Source of the DNA: Perna viridis
Taxonomy: Eukaryota
NCBI GenBank assembly: GCA_037379345.1
Contig: CM074520.1
Location: 17,277,488 to 17,341,487 of the forward strand
Length of the DNA stretch: 64,000 nt
Direction of reading: 5' to 3'
The translations under genes were made by a program, and so were the position numbers. Under the pieces are notes generated by a model that searched no databases, was not told the DNA's origin, and saw nothing but the letters and a program-made list of their open reading frames with translations. Positions 48,801 through 62,552 of this stretch are shown here, in pieces. Each line of letters begins with the position of its first letter. The first letter of the stretch is position 1.

Positions 48801-51800
48801 CAATGTAATAAACACAATGGCTTTTATTAATTATTTTATTGCACTTTTTGCTTTTAAATTAACATATCCTTAGTCCAAAGCTATTGAGATACTTGTATAT
48901 TACGTGTACTTATATTTGCGATAACGCAACCCTATCAAAGCAAGAGGTTTTAAGTTTCGATATAATGAAAGAAACTACTTCACCTGTATAACATGTATGA
49001 TATGTCACCTATATAACATGTATGATATGTAGCTACATGCATGTCGGTACTTGGCCTACATGTGTAAGCATTGAATGCATGGCCCCGTCTCCTCTTTGAA
49101 ACAGGAAACTGAAAACCTATTTTTGGTTTTCATTCTTTAGATCTCACGGCTAAAAATGACACCCCTTTCTATTAAATTTAAATCATAATCTCAATCCCAG
49201 GTGTCTGCATAAGCTTATGAATACAAAAGGTTAACGATATCATTTGTGCTTTTAAAGACCATACAATACCTAATCTTTTGTCGAAAAGAATAGCATAAAT
49301 TCCTTTTCCCATTCCAAGACTAGACATTTTTTGTGAACAAATGATTTAAGGCTTTAAATTAAATCGTTCTGATGACATTATTTTGTATCTGATAAGCTAA
49401 ACATAAAGTAAACTTAGTTGTCTATTGTACGATGTACGTTGGTTTTGTCGAAGTTTTGGTCTCTGTTTCGTTCTTGCTGATAAGGCACCCAAAACATAGT
49501 TATGATAAGATTGTCACAGATTTTGTCTATCATTAGGATCAAAACCTTCAACTTGTTTACAAGGAAGTATGTGGCTGATTAAATATGGTAGAGGGGAGGG
49601 TTTGTTTTGTACTATTTCAATCGCTCTGAAGTGACAAGTGACTATAATACTTAGGTTAAGAGTTTTAAAATGCAGGAAAACGATGGGAATAAAATTAATT
49701 TCCATTATGAATCTCATTAAACCTTTCTCGTAAATAAATTTCTTGTAGATTCTCAATCGGTACCACAAAACAATTCTGAACATATTGTTGGCCAGAAACT
49801 AGACAGTATAAATGGTTGGGTTTAGCTACCACAAGGAAATTGAGAAAATAAAGACTAAATCATAAGTATTCCTATAGTAACGTTCTATAGCTGTTCATAT
49901 ATAATGTATAACATTGCTTCGTTGGTTTCAATATAAGTTGTTATTAATTCGTTTCAACTATTTTCAGATTGTCTCTCTGGTGTGTCTGGTCTTCTACCTC
50001 TTCAGATATGTTGGCTATCAGCTGATTCAGGATTCCCCTGGTGAGAAACTTTTTCATCATGCATGCCTAAATTATAAACGTCATCTTCTCGAAATGTTAT
50101 ATACATATACTTTTACGATAGTTTTATGACTGTGAAAACATTCGGAATAAACGGTGATGTAATTTTTTGATAATCTAGTTCAACTGAGTAAGCATATTAT
50201 GCACATAAGCACAGCAGGGCGAATCCAGACACTTTGAAAAGGAGAGGTGACAGCCGGGGTTCCTCAGAAAAAAAGGGGAGTGCTAGGACATTATTTACCC
50301 TTTTTTGTCAATTTCGCACATGAAAATGACAAATTTTCAATAAAAAGGAAAGGTGCCTTGCACCCCTCTCCTGGATCCGCCACTGCACAGTTACTCATTA
50401 TGGAACTGCAATCATCATAACGTAATATAACCTTTTAACCTTATTACAGCGAGTAATGTGGGTAACTTATGAAAATAGATTTGTTCTTTTCTTGAATTAA
50501 TAACCAAAACCTGATGAACTGCCTGAGGTAGATAACTGAAAACCGACATAGAAGTTTATCAAACTTACATTAAAATACATATATACATAGGAAATGATAG
50601 AAAGTTGGAAAGTCCAGTGAACAACTATGGAACTTAGTCAGGTTATGGGAATTCGTTTAAGAGAAGACCAACTAAATTCTCTGAAATTAACTACAATACT
50701 CGCTATAATTATTTCAAAAGACTACACTCTTTATTGCCATAAAAGATTTTTCTCATATTTTTCAGAATATAAAGGGATAGTATATGCTGGATTTGTTCTG
50801 TATGGGTTGATGATAACCACATCTTTAGTCTTAATACCCGGTGTTCAGCTTGTAAGTATACACTATAGACATTCAGTTGATAAAGATTGATATAATGAAC
50901 TCACTGACAAGAAAACAAAACAAATTGTACCATTAAATACATGTGCTACTGTTTTCTTTTTCCCCTTTTCTTTTATTAAGTAATTGTGTTGTTTAGATGT
51001 TTTCGTTTGTTTTACTTTGTATTCCTATTTTTTTAATATGTACTGGTAAATTTCAGTCTTTGATCTACATGTCAATTTGAAAATAATTTGTATCAGAGTT
51101 GAGCTAAAAATATTCAATAACAAGACCCGTAATCAACAACTATCATTACTGGTCTATGACGAACACTAATGACTAATGTGTCAACATACTCATTTTCAAA
51201 GAAACGTGCATTTGATTGATTTTATTAATTCTACATATTTTAGGACAAGCGTTACCTGTTGTTACCATGGATATATATGTTGATATTAAATGTTTTATAT
51301 GAGACTGGATCAGTAGCATTATTAACAACAGTCCACATGGAGAGAGAAAAGGTAATATATTATGTAGCAGTCTTTATCAGCCTGGGTGTGATTCACGCCA
51401 ATGTAACAAAAACAAAAACAAAAAACACCAGAGGCACATTTATTTCTTGTTCATAAATAGTTACCAGACTCAGGTTGCACTTTTGAATTGTGCATGAAAT
51501 TGACACTTTGAATGAGTTATTGTTCTTGATTTTGTTAATAAACGCTTTTCCCCAAATACAGATGTGACCTTGGTTTCATAGGAAAACTCTGATCTTCTAT
51601 TTTAAGCGATCTGATTGGTCGAAACTTGAGAAAGGGTTTGAGGAATTCTTCAATTTTAATTTCTTGTTGTGAATCTTTAACATGTATGCAGAAACGACTA
51701 TTTATAGTGACATAATAATGTAGCATGTGCACATCTAAAAAGCATCCTATTCGTATGACGGGCGTGCAGCCTCCCTAAAATTGGCCAATCATGGGTTGAA

Positions 51801-53162
51801 AAATACCCAAATTAACACTTATCACCCTCTTCACCATGCTTGGAAACTTAATTGCTTGCTTTGCTTCTCGACTCTAGGAATAAGGCCCATCTGTATCCAC
51901 CCTAGCTTCTTCCTAACACATATCAATTTTCATTCCATTGGTCCTTTATTATAGTAATTCACAGTTGATATTAAGTTAATGATTTTGTGTCTCCATATTC
52001 TTTGATACAAATATAATTGTAAATAATGTATATATATATTTTTTTCAGACACTCCATGCGTGGGAAATTATATGGGTATTTTTCTACTGCTTCAAGCTTA
52101 TAGCAAATGTAAGTTTTATTCTTTTAGTGAAAACCTTTTACAATAGATAAGGAACTAACATTCTCTTCCATTTTTTTTTATGTTTGTCATGGCCTAGGTC
52201 TATAAATTTACTGACAACATTGTTGAATTTGTAGAGTTTAGCTAATGGCGAAAGCATCTACTATATGTGCAAACACGTGACATCAAAAAGGATTAACCAA
52301 ATTGACTAGAAGTTATCAAACCATCATATTCGTAATTTTGTTGGTTTGTTTGGTTTCTGTAGCTTAAAAGTACTCAGTATTACCATAAGATCAATATCGT
52401 ACATGTACGTGTAGTTGTTAACTATATTCTCCTTCAATTTTGTTTTGAAAATTAAAGTTTCAATAAAGATTTTTTTCTCTATTTTCAGTGTTACTGTTTT
52501 GCCTGTGTCGTATCTCAATATCAAGAGCTTTCAGAAGGTAGAGGAACATATGAATACTTATATAAACCGGTAAGTCAAATGTACCTGAAAAATGTCCGTG
52601 CAAATAAAAAATTCAAACATCAAAATCTTAATTAAAGTTCAATCGAAAGAGCGCTGACTCACACTAAGACATACGTGGAGACTCTTTTTGGTCATATACA
52701 AATATTAATGAAATTGTCTTCATCTGTCAGATACCGAATACAAAAACCATCTTATATGATCCTGATTAAAGATAGTTATATATGTTTGAGTAAAGTCCAT
52801 CTTTTTTTATGCAGTAGAAAAACAAATAAAAAACTTAAACAAAAACAACAACCGGATCACTCTATTTGTCTGAATGAATGAAATCTTCAAACCTTAATCA
52901 AATTCCATTTTCATTTCAGCATACACATAGATCTCATAGATGTCACCAAGACTTTTCATTGGATACCTTCGAACTCCCATTCGGAGTACACTTACCGCCA
53001 TATGCCGAGAGTGATCCGAACAAAGACTTAAGCCCGCCAGCTTATGAACATATATTTCCGCAACCTAAAAATGAACCAATATCAAATCATTCCCACACCT
53101 TTAATGTGCAATCAGAAAACAATAACTGTTACCAAGTAACTGTTGATATTGTGTGGATATGA
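42810..53162 (+). CDS. LAPTM4/DUF4728-like four-transmembrane protein, 7 coding exons, 241 aa
   Basis: join(42810..42884,49968..50040,50766..50851,51244..51351,52049..52108,52489..52569,52920..53162). All introns are GT-AG and in phase. Motifs RVGTLICG, KRYLLLPW, CVVSQYQEL; cytosolic tail with LPPY and PPAY; AATAAA near 53904. Confidence 0.85.
50215..50385. mobile_element. Short MITE (partial copy at about 39920-40050)
   Basis: CAGGGCGAATCCAG ... CTGGATCCGCCACTG TIRs, 5-bp TSD CACAG. Confidence 0.75.
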
Positions 53163-55929
53163 GGCTAAGTTGAAAATGGAAGGAATAGCTTTATTTTTAC
53201 TATGCGGGTTTTGTACGAGAAAACCAAGCCTTGAGAATTTCACGTAAAGCTTCACAGAGCACTTCTACTCGAGGGATGGTTTAGATAAATCGTGTTATTC
53301 TTTAAACCAGAGTGAGTGTTGACGAGTTCCGGGTATATTCCGGGAAGATATTAACAGGAATATGTTGAAGACCAAATCATCCTTCAAATGGATGTTTTGG
53401 ATACACAACAGATGTCTTAAAATGGAACAGGCTGATATGACATCATACCAAAGTTCTCTATTGGGAGAAATGAATGTTATATGTGAGGAATCGTAGCTGC
53501 ATTAATGATTTAACGCAAACGATATAATCCTTTGATAAAAAGTCCAAAGAAGAGGAAATGTATGTGTTGGCCACTATACACATGCGGAAAAGTACAAAAA
53601 TGACTAGGATTTCAAAAGGAAGGGGTTCTAGTGGGGTGAATCAGGGATATGGTTCTTCATTCTTGACTTGAATGGTGGGAATGTCTCATAGTGCACTCAC
53701 TTGTATAAGTATCCGGTTCAGTACCGAAATGATGCCATTGAACATATGAATGTGATATTTGACTTTGTCTTTGTATTTATTTTATATGAATTGTGAACTT
53801 TTTCTAGTCATCGTGCATTTTTTATGAACCAGTGAGGTCTGAAGCAGTTGCTTTTGATGGAATGGAATTATCCGTGATAAAATATACATTTGATTTGTAA
53901 TGCAATAAAATTTCAGTAAAATTTGAACCGCGAACTAATAACAAAATAAGTATTTAATTGCAATGATCATCAGATTTTATATACATTGACCAAAATAGAT
54001 AAGAAACCATGTTATGTAAAGAACCAAATGATTTCCTGGGATTTGGATTATTAGGAGTACATCTGGTCCTAATTAATAGTCTCTTTGAGAAAAAAAAATA
54101 TTCTGGTCTACATTTTTGCCCTATAGGAGATTTTTTTTTAAATTTATTTTCTTCTATATGGGGAAAAATCTAAAGCATGAGGTAGCAATCCTGACCCGCA
54201 TGAAAATCCCAGGTTCCCAGAAAGTCAAATGGTCGGTGCCTAAAAATGTACACGAATACGAAGAAGAAAGTTGTTATTTCTAAACTCCTTCAGCATGGGC
54301 AATAAACTTCGTTATTAATACATTTCATATGTTAATAAAATTATTTTTTAATGGAAACATATGGCTACAAGCCGGAATTGCTGATAATTATGCGCTTTTA
54401 CTGTCTCTTAACATTTTAGGCTTCAGTTTTACACACTGGTTTGGGCTATATTGCAGTACTATTTTAAGTTAATGACTTAATATAATAAAATTGTGTTTGG
54501 ACACGCTTCATATTGACTCACAAATGAATAAAATATAAAACGTATTTCAGTTTGAATCAATTTTGCTTTATTAAGAGTTGTAGTATCAGAATATTGGAAA
54601 GACGTCTACTACCAGTATGTTGTTTGCCCTAACAAAACCAGAGATATTGAATAGTACCTCGTATATTAAGTTAGTGACTGATTTTTTTTTCATGTCGTTT
54701 CATTTTGTAGAGGGGGAAACGCGACTTCATCTCCGTTCAATGCTTGTATGTGTCGACAGGAGGATGTCAGTTTATCTTTGCATTTTTATTGTAGTTCTGT
54801 TCCAAAATAAATTTGTAGTTTCTTATCACCAAAAAAGACCAAACAGATACACAAGCAAGAAATATTATGAAATACCGGTACGAGATAGCGGAGACTAAAA
54901 ACATAACAAACAGAATACATATGATATGATCATGTCAAGGTTTGCACCGGATTAACTACCTTTCATATTCATGAAAAATTGCTGGCTAATTAGTCAGAAA
55001 GGTGTTGTTATTATCATGTCAATATCTGGACTATGAATAGTTCCATTTCACGACGTAGCTATTTCGTGACGTCAGATGTTTCAATATTTGTGTTAGCATA
55101 CATCAAAAATATTTTTTGTATGCTTGCTTGTTGCTTGGTAAACTCGAGAACCAACACGGTTACAGTAACATACAGCACATACCGGGAATGTCCTCTACTT
55201 GCCTAGAAACTCGTATAATGATCGGCAATTTAAACATGGTTATAATTATTACATTATTAAAGAGCATTTCAGAATGGAAACTATGCACGAAGAACTTATT
55301 TAACACATTTGGTGTTGTGAGACTGCAAATATTCGTTTCAATATTGCTGCATTTTTTTGTACTAGCGCAAAATCATTCAATACGTTTTTTTTTTAATAAA
55401 TTGAATTTGAATTTAGAAAAAGTTGTTAATATAACGCTTAATTACCAACTGACCATTACAGCTTTGCTCAAGAAAACAAAACGCAGTTTACCCCAAAGTT
55501 AACTTAAAGGCATCCATATGACACTAGGCTATTAAGAGTATGAGTAAAAAAATCATCAATTTGCATGTATTGGTTCTGGATATTCCGTATCATTTATCAG
55601 TATACTTATAAACCCAAAGAACGATAACTTCTTTTTGTATACCAGCGAATGACAAAGATGCTATTTCTTATATCTTGCACAGCTATTTTAATGTTGGATC
55701 ACCTATATAAGATTTGTCGACTTGTCGACCAGAAAATCGAACATTTTAGCATCAGATGCAGCGTGTGTGTTATAAAATAAGCATTATCTTTACACGATAC
55801 TTCGCTCTCTGGTTTTTTAATGAAAAAATAGTGAATATGTCAGAACGTGCAGAAATGACTTTGTCATTTTGTATTGTGGTGTACAAGGTACATGCTTTAT
55901 AATGCCACATAAGAAACGGCTACCAGAAA

Positions 55930-56169
55930 GAGACACCTTTGAATTTTTGAGATTCCACATCTTAATCAAGAGACACCTCAGCAGCTCTCTTGAATTTTGG
56001 AGATTCCACATCTGAGTCGAGAGACACATCTGCTGCTCTTTCGAGTTTTGAGATTCCACATCTGAGTCGAGAGACACCTCTGCTGCTCTTTCGAGTTTTG
56101 AGATTCCACATCTGAGTCGAGAGACACCTCTGCATCTCTTTCGAATTTTTGAAATTCCACATCTGAGTC
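55930..56169. repeat. 50-bp minisatellite, about 4.8 copies
   Basis: GARATTCCACATCT recurs at 55949, 56000, 56050, 56100 and 56151. Confidence 0.92.
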
Positions 56170-56361
56170 CTCTTATTTGTAGGGTAGACTTAATCATAGT
56201 AACTCTTACAAAATTTATGTCCACCCTTAACAGTTGTAAGTAAAGTAATAAGGGGTTTTAAATGGGGTTTGGCACTTTTCAAACCCAGCAATATACCTCT
56301 GTTAGTAAGGACTATTTGTGAAGTTTTGTTATCAAATAAATCGAAGTTTCATCATCTAAAC

Positions 56362-56930
56362 GAGTAATCAAGGGAACCAAGGTTATAGCGGTAATCAAAA
56401 GAATGTAATCCAGGGACAAATACCAGACATGGAAAACAGACATACACAACAAAGAACATTAAGTAACTAAAATCATACACACAAAGTAACAAAAGCAAAT
56501 GAGCAACTCAGACTCCACTAAAAACTGGGAGCATGGACCAGGTGCACCGGTAGGGTAAGCGTCCTCTGCTTTTCTAGGAACACCTAGTTGCTCATAAAAA
56601 GTCAAGTCCGGGGTAGACAAACGAGGAAAGGAAAACTATGATCCGTTGAATAAATCAGTTTTCATGATGCAGATGGATACGCGATAACGATCCACGAGTT
56701 CATGATGACGACCATAAAACTTCTGTAGTGATGACTTCAATCTTGTAGCAACATACCCCTGTTCCAGAAGCCTATTTGTTAGAGTTCTAACGCGATACAA
56801 AAAGTCTGCGTAGTTTCGGCAAGCTCTGGCATAACGTATGAGTTGTGATATGAACACTCCATACGCAGGTGCTAAAGGGATGTTGCCACAGATGAAAGGA
56901 AAGTTGACAATTCTGAATGAAAAGTCATCA
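56362..56930 (-). mobile_element. PLE family A, 5'-truncated copy
   Basis: DDFSFRIVNFPFICGNIP...KTDLFNGS plus the 3' UTR. Confidence 0.88.
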
Positions 56931-58638
56931 TGTAAAAATAATACCAAAGGACGTTAGAATAGACACGTGGTTGATATCTACCTGTATGTCCAGACCTGCT
57001 AAGCTATTGTATGGGCCTGTTAAAATGTATGCAATTATTATATAGTTATTTTCAAAAGACGGACATACAGCGAAAACCTACCAATATAGCTTACTATTTA
57101 GATTTTAGTGCAACAGCATGGTGTATTTAATTCAGGAACTACTATAAAATTTATCATGAACAAATCAGCATTTTGTCAATGTGTTACAGCATAATCTAAT
57201 TGATCCTAACTTAATAACAACGTCATTGAACTTGTTATATTGAACTAGTGTGAGGAATCCATTAGATTTTTCAAAACTTTATTTATTATTCATTTTGCAC
57301 AAACTTGTAGAATTCATAAACCAAGATGGCAAAGCACCATTTGAAAGAAAACCCACGGACATTAATACCGTCTGTACCCGATTTTTATCCCCGCTCTATG
57401 CTGGAGGTATATAGTGATTTTGGTGTCCGTCCGTCCTCTACGATTTCGTTACAGTATACATATCAAAGCCACTTGCATGGTATTTGAACAATAAGATTTC
57501 CATTTCTTGGGATTCAATTCAGTTGGAGCTGGATCATAGTGCAAAACGTGTAACGTTATTTTTTCTCATTGTGTGAGACCTTGCCACACCTTGCTGACCT
57601 TGCCATAAATGTTCTTTACCCGGGATACAAATGAAAATCATCCTTATGTAACCTACCAACAAAATGAAACGCCCTGTAAATTTTAGAAACACCATTGTGT
57701 TTGTCTGCTGGGGATTCCATTTTCATTCGAGTAACCTCTATTTTCTGCACCCGAATCCGAACATCGATTATAGAGACTTCGATATTATACCTGCTCTTTC
57801 GGGAGGTAAAAACAGGACAAAATATGGCTGTATCCCGAGCTTCGCAAGTAGGGAATATGAACTTTATATAATCAATAGTAACGAACGCCTGTGTTTGAAT
57901 CGGAAACTGTGTAATATTACATAAATTCGATGCTAACTGATTATTTTATCCTTTAATGTAAAATTCCCGTTCTAATAAAAAAAAAAAAAACAAAACAAAA
58001 AACAAAAAACAAAAAAAAAACAAAATGCGCATAGACATGTGTATGATATGTTTTATAAAAGTTACGTTGTAGCGATCTTTGGGTTGCTTATGATGTTGAC
58101 CGGGAAACAGTTTATGACCCAGATTTAGCAGCTGGCAATGAATATTCTTAAATATCGGGGCGTGCTAATGTATATGACCTATATAGTATTGTAACTAGTC
58201 TTAGATCCTGAATCGGAAACCGTATAATGTCCAAAGCTTATTGATTATTTCATGAAACCTTCCCGTTCTCATACAAGCAAGAAACACACGTACGATACAC
58301 GTGTTTGATATTTAAGAGGTACATTTCTATCTCGTATGAATCTGGAACTACGACACTTTGGTGGTGAATACGGCGAAGATCTGTTGGATTATGTGGCGCA
58401 TGACTAAACATTAATGCAAATCATATGCGAATATTATATACAGAAATTACGAGTGCAAGAAGTCGCTAACACTATTAGCGACTTAAAAAGAAAAACTAGA
58501 TAAAGGAGAAAAAAACATACAAAAATACATACAAAAACAATAAAAATACAAATAAAAAATATTGACTTAAAATGTAAAACGTAATGCCTGATTGAATTGA
58601 AAAAGATTTATCAAATATTTATTAAACCTTATCTAGAC

Positions 58639-59052
58639 AAGAGTAAACAAGGGAGCTAACATTCTAGCGGAAATCAAAAGAATGCAACCCAGAGAAGGGA
58701 AAACAGACACACACAACAAGGAATATAAAATAAACAAAATAATATGTACAAAGAAACAAAAGTAAATGAGCGACTCGGGCTCCACTAAAAACTGGGTGCA
58801 TGGACCAGGTGCACAGGAAAGGTAAGCGTCCTCTGCTTTTCTAGAAACACCTGCCGAACTGCTCATAAAAAGTCGCCCGAAGAGGAAAATGAAAACAATG
58901 ACACGTAGAACAAATCGGTCGTCATGGTGCAGATGGATACACCGTAACGATCCACGAGTTCATGATGACAGCCATATAACTTCTGACGAAGTGATGACTT
59001 CAATCTTGTATCAGCATAACCTTGATCTAGAAGCCTAATTGTTAGAACTCGA
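58639..59052 (-). mobile_element. PLE family A, short 3' copy
   Basis: LTIRLLDQGY..HHELVDRYGVSI plus the 3' UTR. Confidence 0.8.
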
Positions 59053-59270
59053 GACAACGCATTACATAGTTTTCTTCCGGACATGAATTGGGCCAATAAG
59101 GTGTACAAACCAAGCCAAAAGGATTTTTTTTGTGGAGGCTTGAATTATTTGCGTCTTTGTTTTCGTTTTGCTTATTTACTTTTTCTGTCTCATTGCTTTG
59201 TCACTCTATTTTTACATATTACCTTTAACATCGTTCATTTTCTTTCAAACTTTCAGGGTATTTATCTTAA

Positions 59271-62170
59271 AGAGTAATCAAGTGAACCAAGATTCTAGCG
59301 GAAATCAAAAGAATATAATCCAAGGACGAAGACCAGACATGGAAAACAGACCTACACAACAAAGGACATAAAATAACCAAAATAATACATACAAATTAAC
59401 AAAAGTAAATGAACAACTCGGACTCCTCTAATATACACCACTAACGAGTATAGACCAGATGCACAGGTAGGATAAGTGTCTTCTGCTTTTCTAGAAACAC
59501 TCGTCGAGTTGTTCATGTTAAGTCCGGAGTAGACGAAATAGGAAAGCTAAATTTTAACACACTGAACAAATCAGTTTTCATGGTGTAGATGGATACACCG
59601 TAACGATCCACGAGTTCATGATGACAACTATACAACTTCTGTAGTGATGACTTCAATCTTGTAGCAACATAACCCTGTTCCAGAAGCCTAATTGTAAGTA
59701 GTCTAGCGCGATACAAAAAGTCTGTCTAGTTACGGCAAGCTATGACATAACGTATGAATATGATATGAAAACTCCATGCGCAGGTGCCGAAGGGATGTTA
59801 CTACAGATGAAAGGAAAGTTGACAATTCTGAATGAAAAGTCGTCGCGTTTGTCGTATAGTTTGGTCAATAGTTTTCCTTTACCATCGATCTCAAAGTTTA
59901 GGTCAAGATACAAGACTGACTTCACAGTGTCTGTAGTATACTTTATTTCAAGTTCTTTTGGGTAGATGTGATGTATAAAATCCCCGAAACTAGGGTTGTC
60001 TAACGATAATACGTCATCTATATCGCGGAAACTGAGATCTTGATAAACGATTTCCCTTCTAATGGATCAGATAAGGTATAAATTCAGCCTCATAAGAGTG
60101 AAGGAACAGGCCAGCAAGTAGAGGAGCAGAATTTGTTTCCATTGGAATGCCAATCGTTTGTCGAAAAACGCATCAACCACACTGGATAAAAAATTTGTCG
60201 ATAAAAAATTCCAGCATTTTAAAAACTTCTTCTGTGTATTTGGGAGACTATTTTGAATTATTGTTTCACAGTATGAGGAATCTCTACCAAGAACTACATA
60301 TTACGTATACATGTTGTATTATCATATAAACTTAAAATGTTTGGTGTTGTGAAAATAGTTGAAAATGGTTCAAATCTTATTTGTCATTTAGACAACAATG
60401 TGTTGGTTGGAATGGTACTTCATCAAAACCAAGGAATAATATATAGGTGTACCTCAATGATCTATCTTGGGGCCTTTATTTTTTATTCTATTTGTTAACA
60501 ATTATCCTGATTGTTTGGTTCATTCTCATGCAACTATATATGCTGACGATACATCTCAAGATGTTGCTGATAAATGTATTGATGTTATTGAAAAGAAATC
60601 TCTAAGAAGATCTTGTAAACTCAATAAAATAGACGCAACGTAATAACTTACAATGAACCTTAAAAAGACTCAATGCATGCTTATTGGCATTCAGCAGAAA
60701 TTAGCACAATGTCGCAAAATTTATATTAATATAGACAATATTGCATTAGAAACCGTTGAGCATTCCAAACTTTTAGGTATTAATATTGATTGTTATTTAT
60801 CTTGGTCTTATCATATTGATTTTTTAGCAGAAAAATATCTAAGAAAATTGGTGGTTTTTTTATGTCACCTGAAGCGCTTTAAAAGGCATACAACTCTGCC
60901 ATTTTTCCTCATTTTAATTATTGTTGCACTTTATGGTCTAATTCCAAAAATGTGGCAAATATAGATAAGATTTTTTAAACTACAGAAAAAAACTGCACGT
61001 ATAATTTTGAATTTGCATAACATTATGATACCATATAGTGTATTATTTAACGGATTGAGGTGGATGCCAATGCCTGATTATATAATTTTAGTGTTCAAGT
61101 CACTTCATCAGTTAACACCTGAGTATGTATTTAAATATATACAGGAGGTGAGCTCTAGAAACACCAGACAGAGCAAAAGAAATTTATTATATATACCAAA
61201 AGCTCGAACAGAATATTTTAAAAGGTCCTTTGTTATGTCAGGTAGCTTGTTATAGAATAATTTACAATCGAGCATAAGAAACTGTTCGACAATTGAATGT
61301 TTTTAAAAGACATACTTAGATAATTACTTTAACATGTCGATAACTAGACATTTTGTAGTGAATTATCTATTTAAAATTGTTATTTCATTTAATGTGTATT
61401 TTATACTTTATGTTGTAAATTATGCATATAATGCAGGACCATATTGCAAACTAGTCTTCGGACTAAATAAGTAATTCTGTTGAAATAAAGGACTTTATTA
61501 TTATTATTATTACATATTTGTACCGTCTTTTTTTTAGTAACAACGATGTATAATGTTTTTGAGCCGGGATTTCAACTGGGTATGGGGGAATAGAACTAAA
61601 GAGTTGAGAAATAATAGGCTTTTCTGCTATGGTATTTTGATAATAATCTTGAATTGATTGTTTCCAGAAGATCTTTCAAATTCTTCAGGATCCACATTAA
61701 TACCACTATGGGAGTAACAAGTGTCATGGTAGGACTGGAGAACCTCTTTGGCAGCTGTGAGTTAAGAAGTTAAAAGTTTTGAAAGAGGTTTTGTGGTACA
61801 TTTTGCAGACCCAGCTATGTAGCGCTGTTTATATGGATTCTTGTGGAGTTTAGGAATCCATTACATAGACGGTAGATCACAAACATCGTCTTTGGGAGAG
61901 AGACCATAAAGTTTATGGGTTTTCACTATTTCTTCTTTGGAGAGTTTGGTAGCAGTTTAGGTTATATTACTGTTTTTATTTTCTACGTCTACCTCTGAAT
62001 TATAGACATTGGATGTAATACGTTTTGCAGAGAAAAACAACGTTGTTTTGGGCTTTGTCTGCTACTTCGAAAACATTTATCATGTATAATAGTAGTATGT
62101 TTTTGCTACATCGGGGTTTTTGAAAATTGACAGAGAATCAATGTCTTTTTGAAATTTATAATTTAATGTA
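59271..62170 (-). mobile_element. Longest PLE family A copy (decayed RT), interrupted by a LINE
   Basis: Minus strand: ADKAQNNVVF, WIPKLHKNPYKQRYIAGS, WILKN, FSTL..PHTQLKSRL | insertion | GIPMETNSAPLLA, RDIDDVLSLDNP, LYDKRDDFS, 3' UTR. Confidence 0.82.
60303..61510 (+). mobile_element. CR1/L2-clade LINE, 5'-truncated
   Basis: KWFKSYLSFRQQCV, GVPQ*SILGPLFFILFVN, LYADDT, KLLGINID..LSW, KRSF; AATAAA and (TTA)n tail; 8-bp TSD TACATATT at 60295-60302 and 61511-61518. Confidence 0.88.
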
Positions 62171-62405
62171 CACAATGTAGTTATTTCGTAATCCTCCCAT
62201 ATATTCATGGGTGTGTCGAATCCATAGGTATTTTATTTTACTTTTAATTTATATCGGCGCAGAATCCTTGTCCTCTTTTATAGTCTAGTTTAAAGTTGCC
62301 TGCACTGGAAAAATGCAACAGGTTTTTCATATCTGTTTTCACATGTGTAAGAGTAGCAAAACAAGAAATATGTGTTAAGGACTGAAGAAATAACCGATGA
62401 AAATA

Positions 62406-62552
62406 NNNNNNNNNNNNNNNNNNNNNNNNNNNNNNNNNNNNNNNNNNNNNNNNNNNNNNNNNNNNNNNNNNNNNNNNNNNNNNNNNNNNNNNNNNNNNNN
62501 NNNNNNNNNNNNNNNNNNNNNNNNNNNNNNNNNNNNNNNNNNNNNNNNNNNN
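62406..62552. other. Assembly gap (N-run)
   Basis: Run of n characters. Confidence 0.99.

Noticed and set aside
50505-50550. Hammerhead-like CTGATGA...GAAA
   Set aside because: Stem II is irregular and no convincing stems I and III or cleavage triplet could be formed.
55930-56224. Repetitive ORFs on the minus strand / CRISPR-like array
   Set aside because: This is a 50-bp minisatellite; the ORFs are by-products and there are no spacers.
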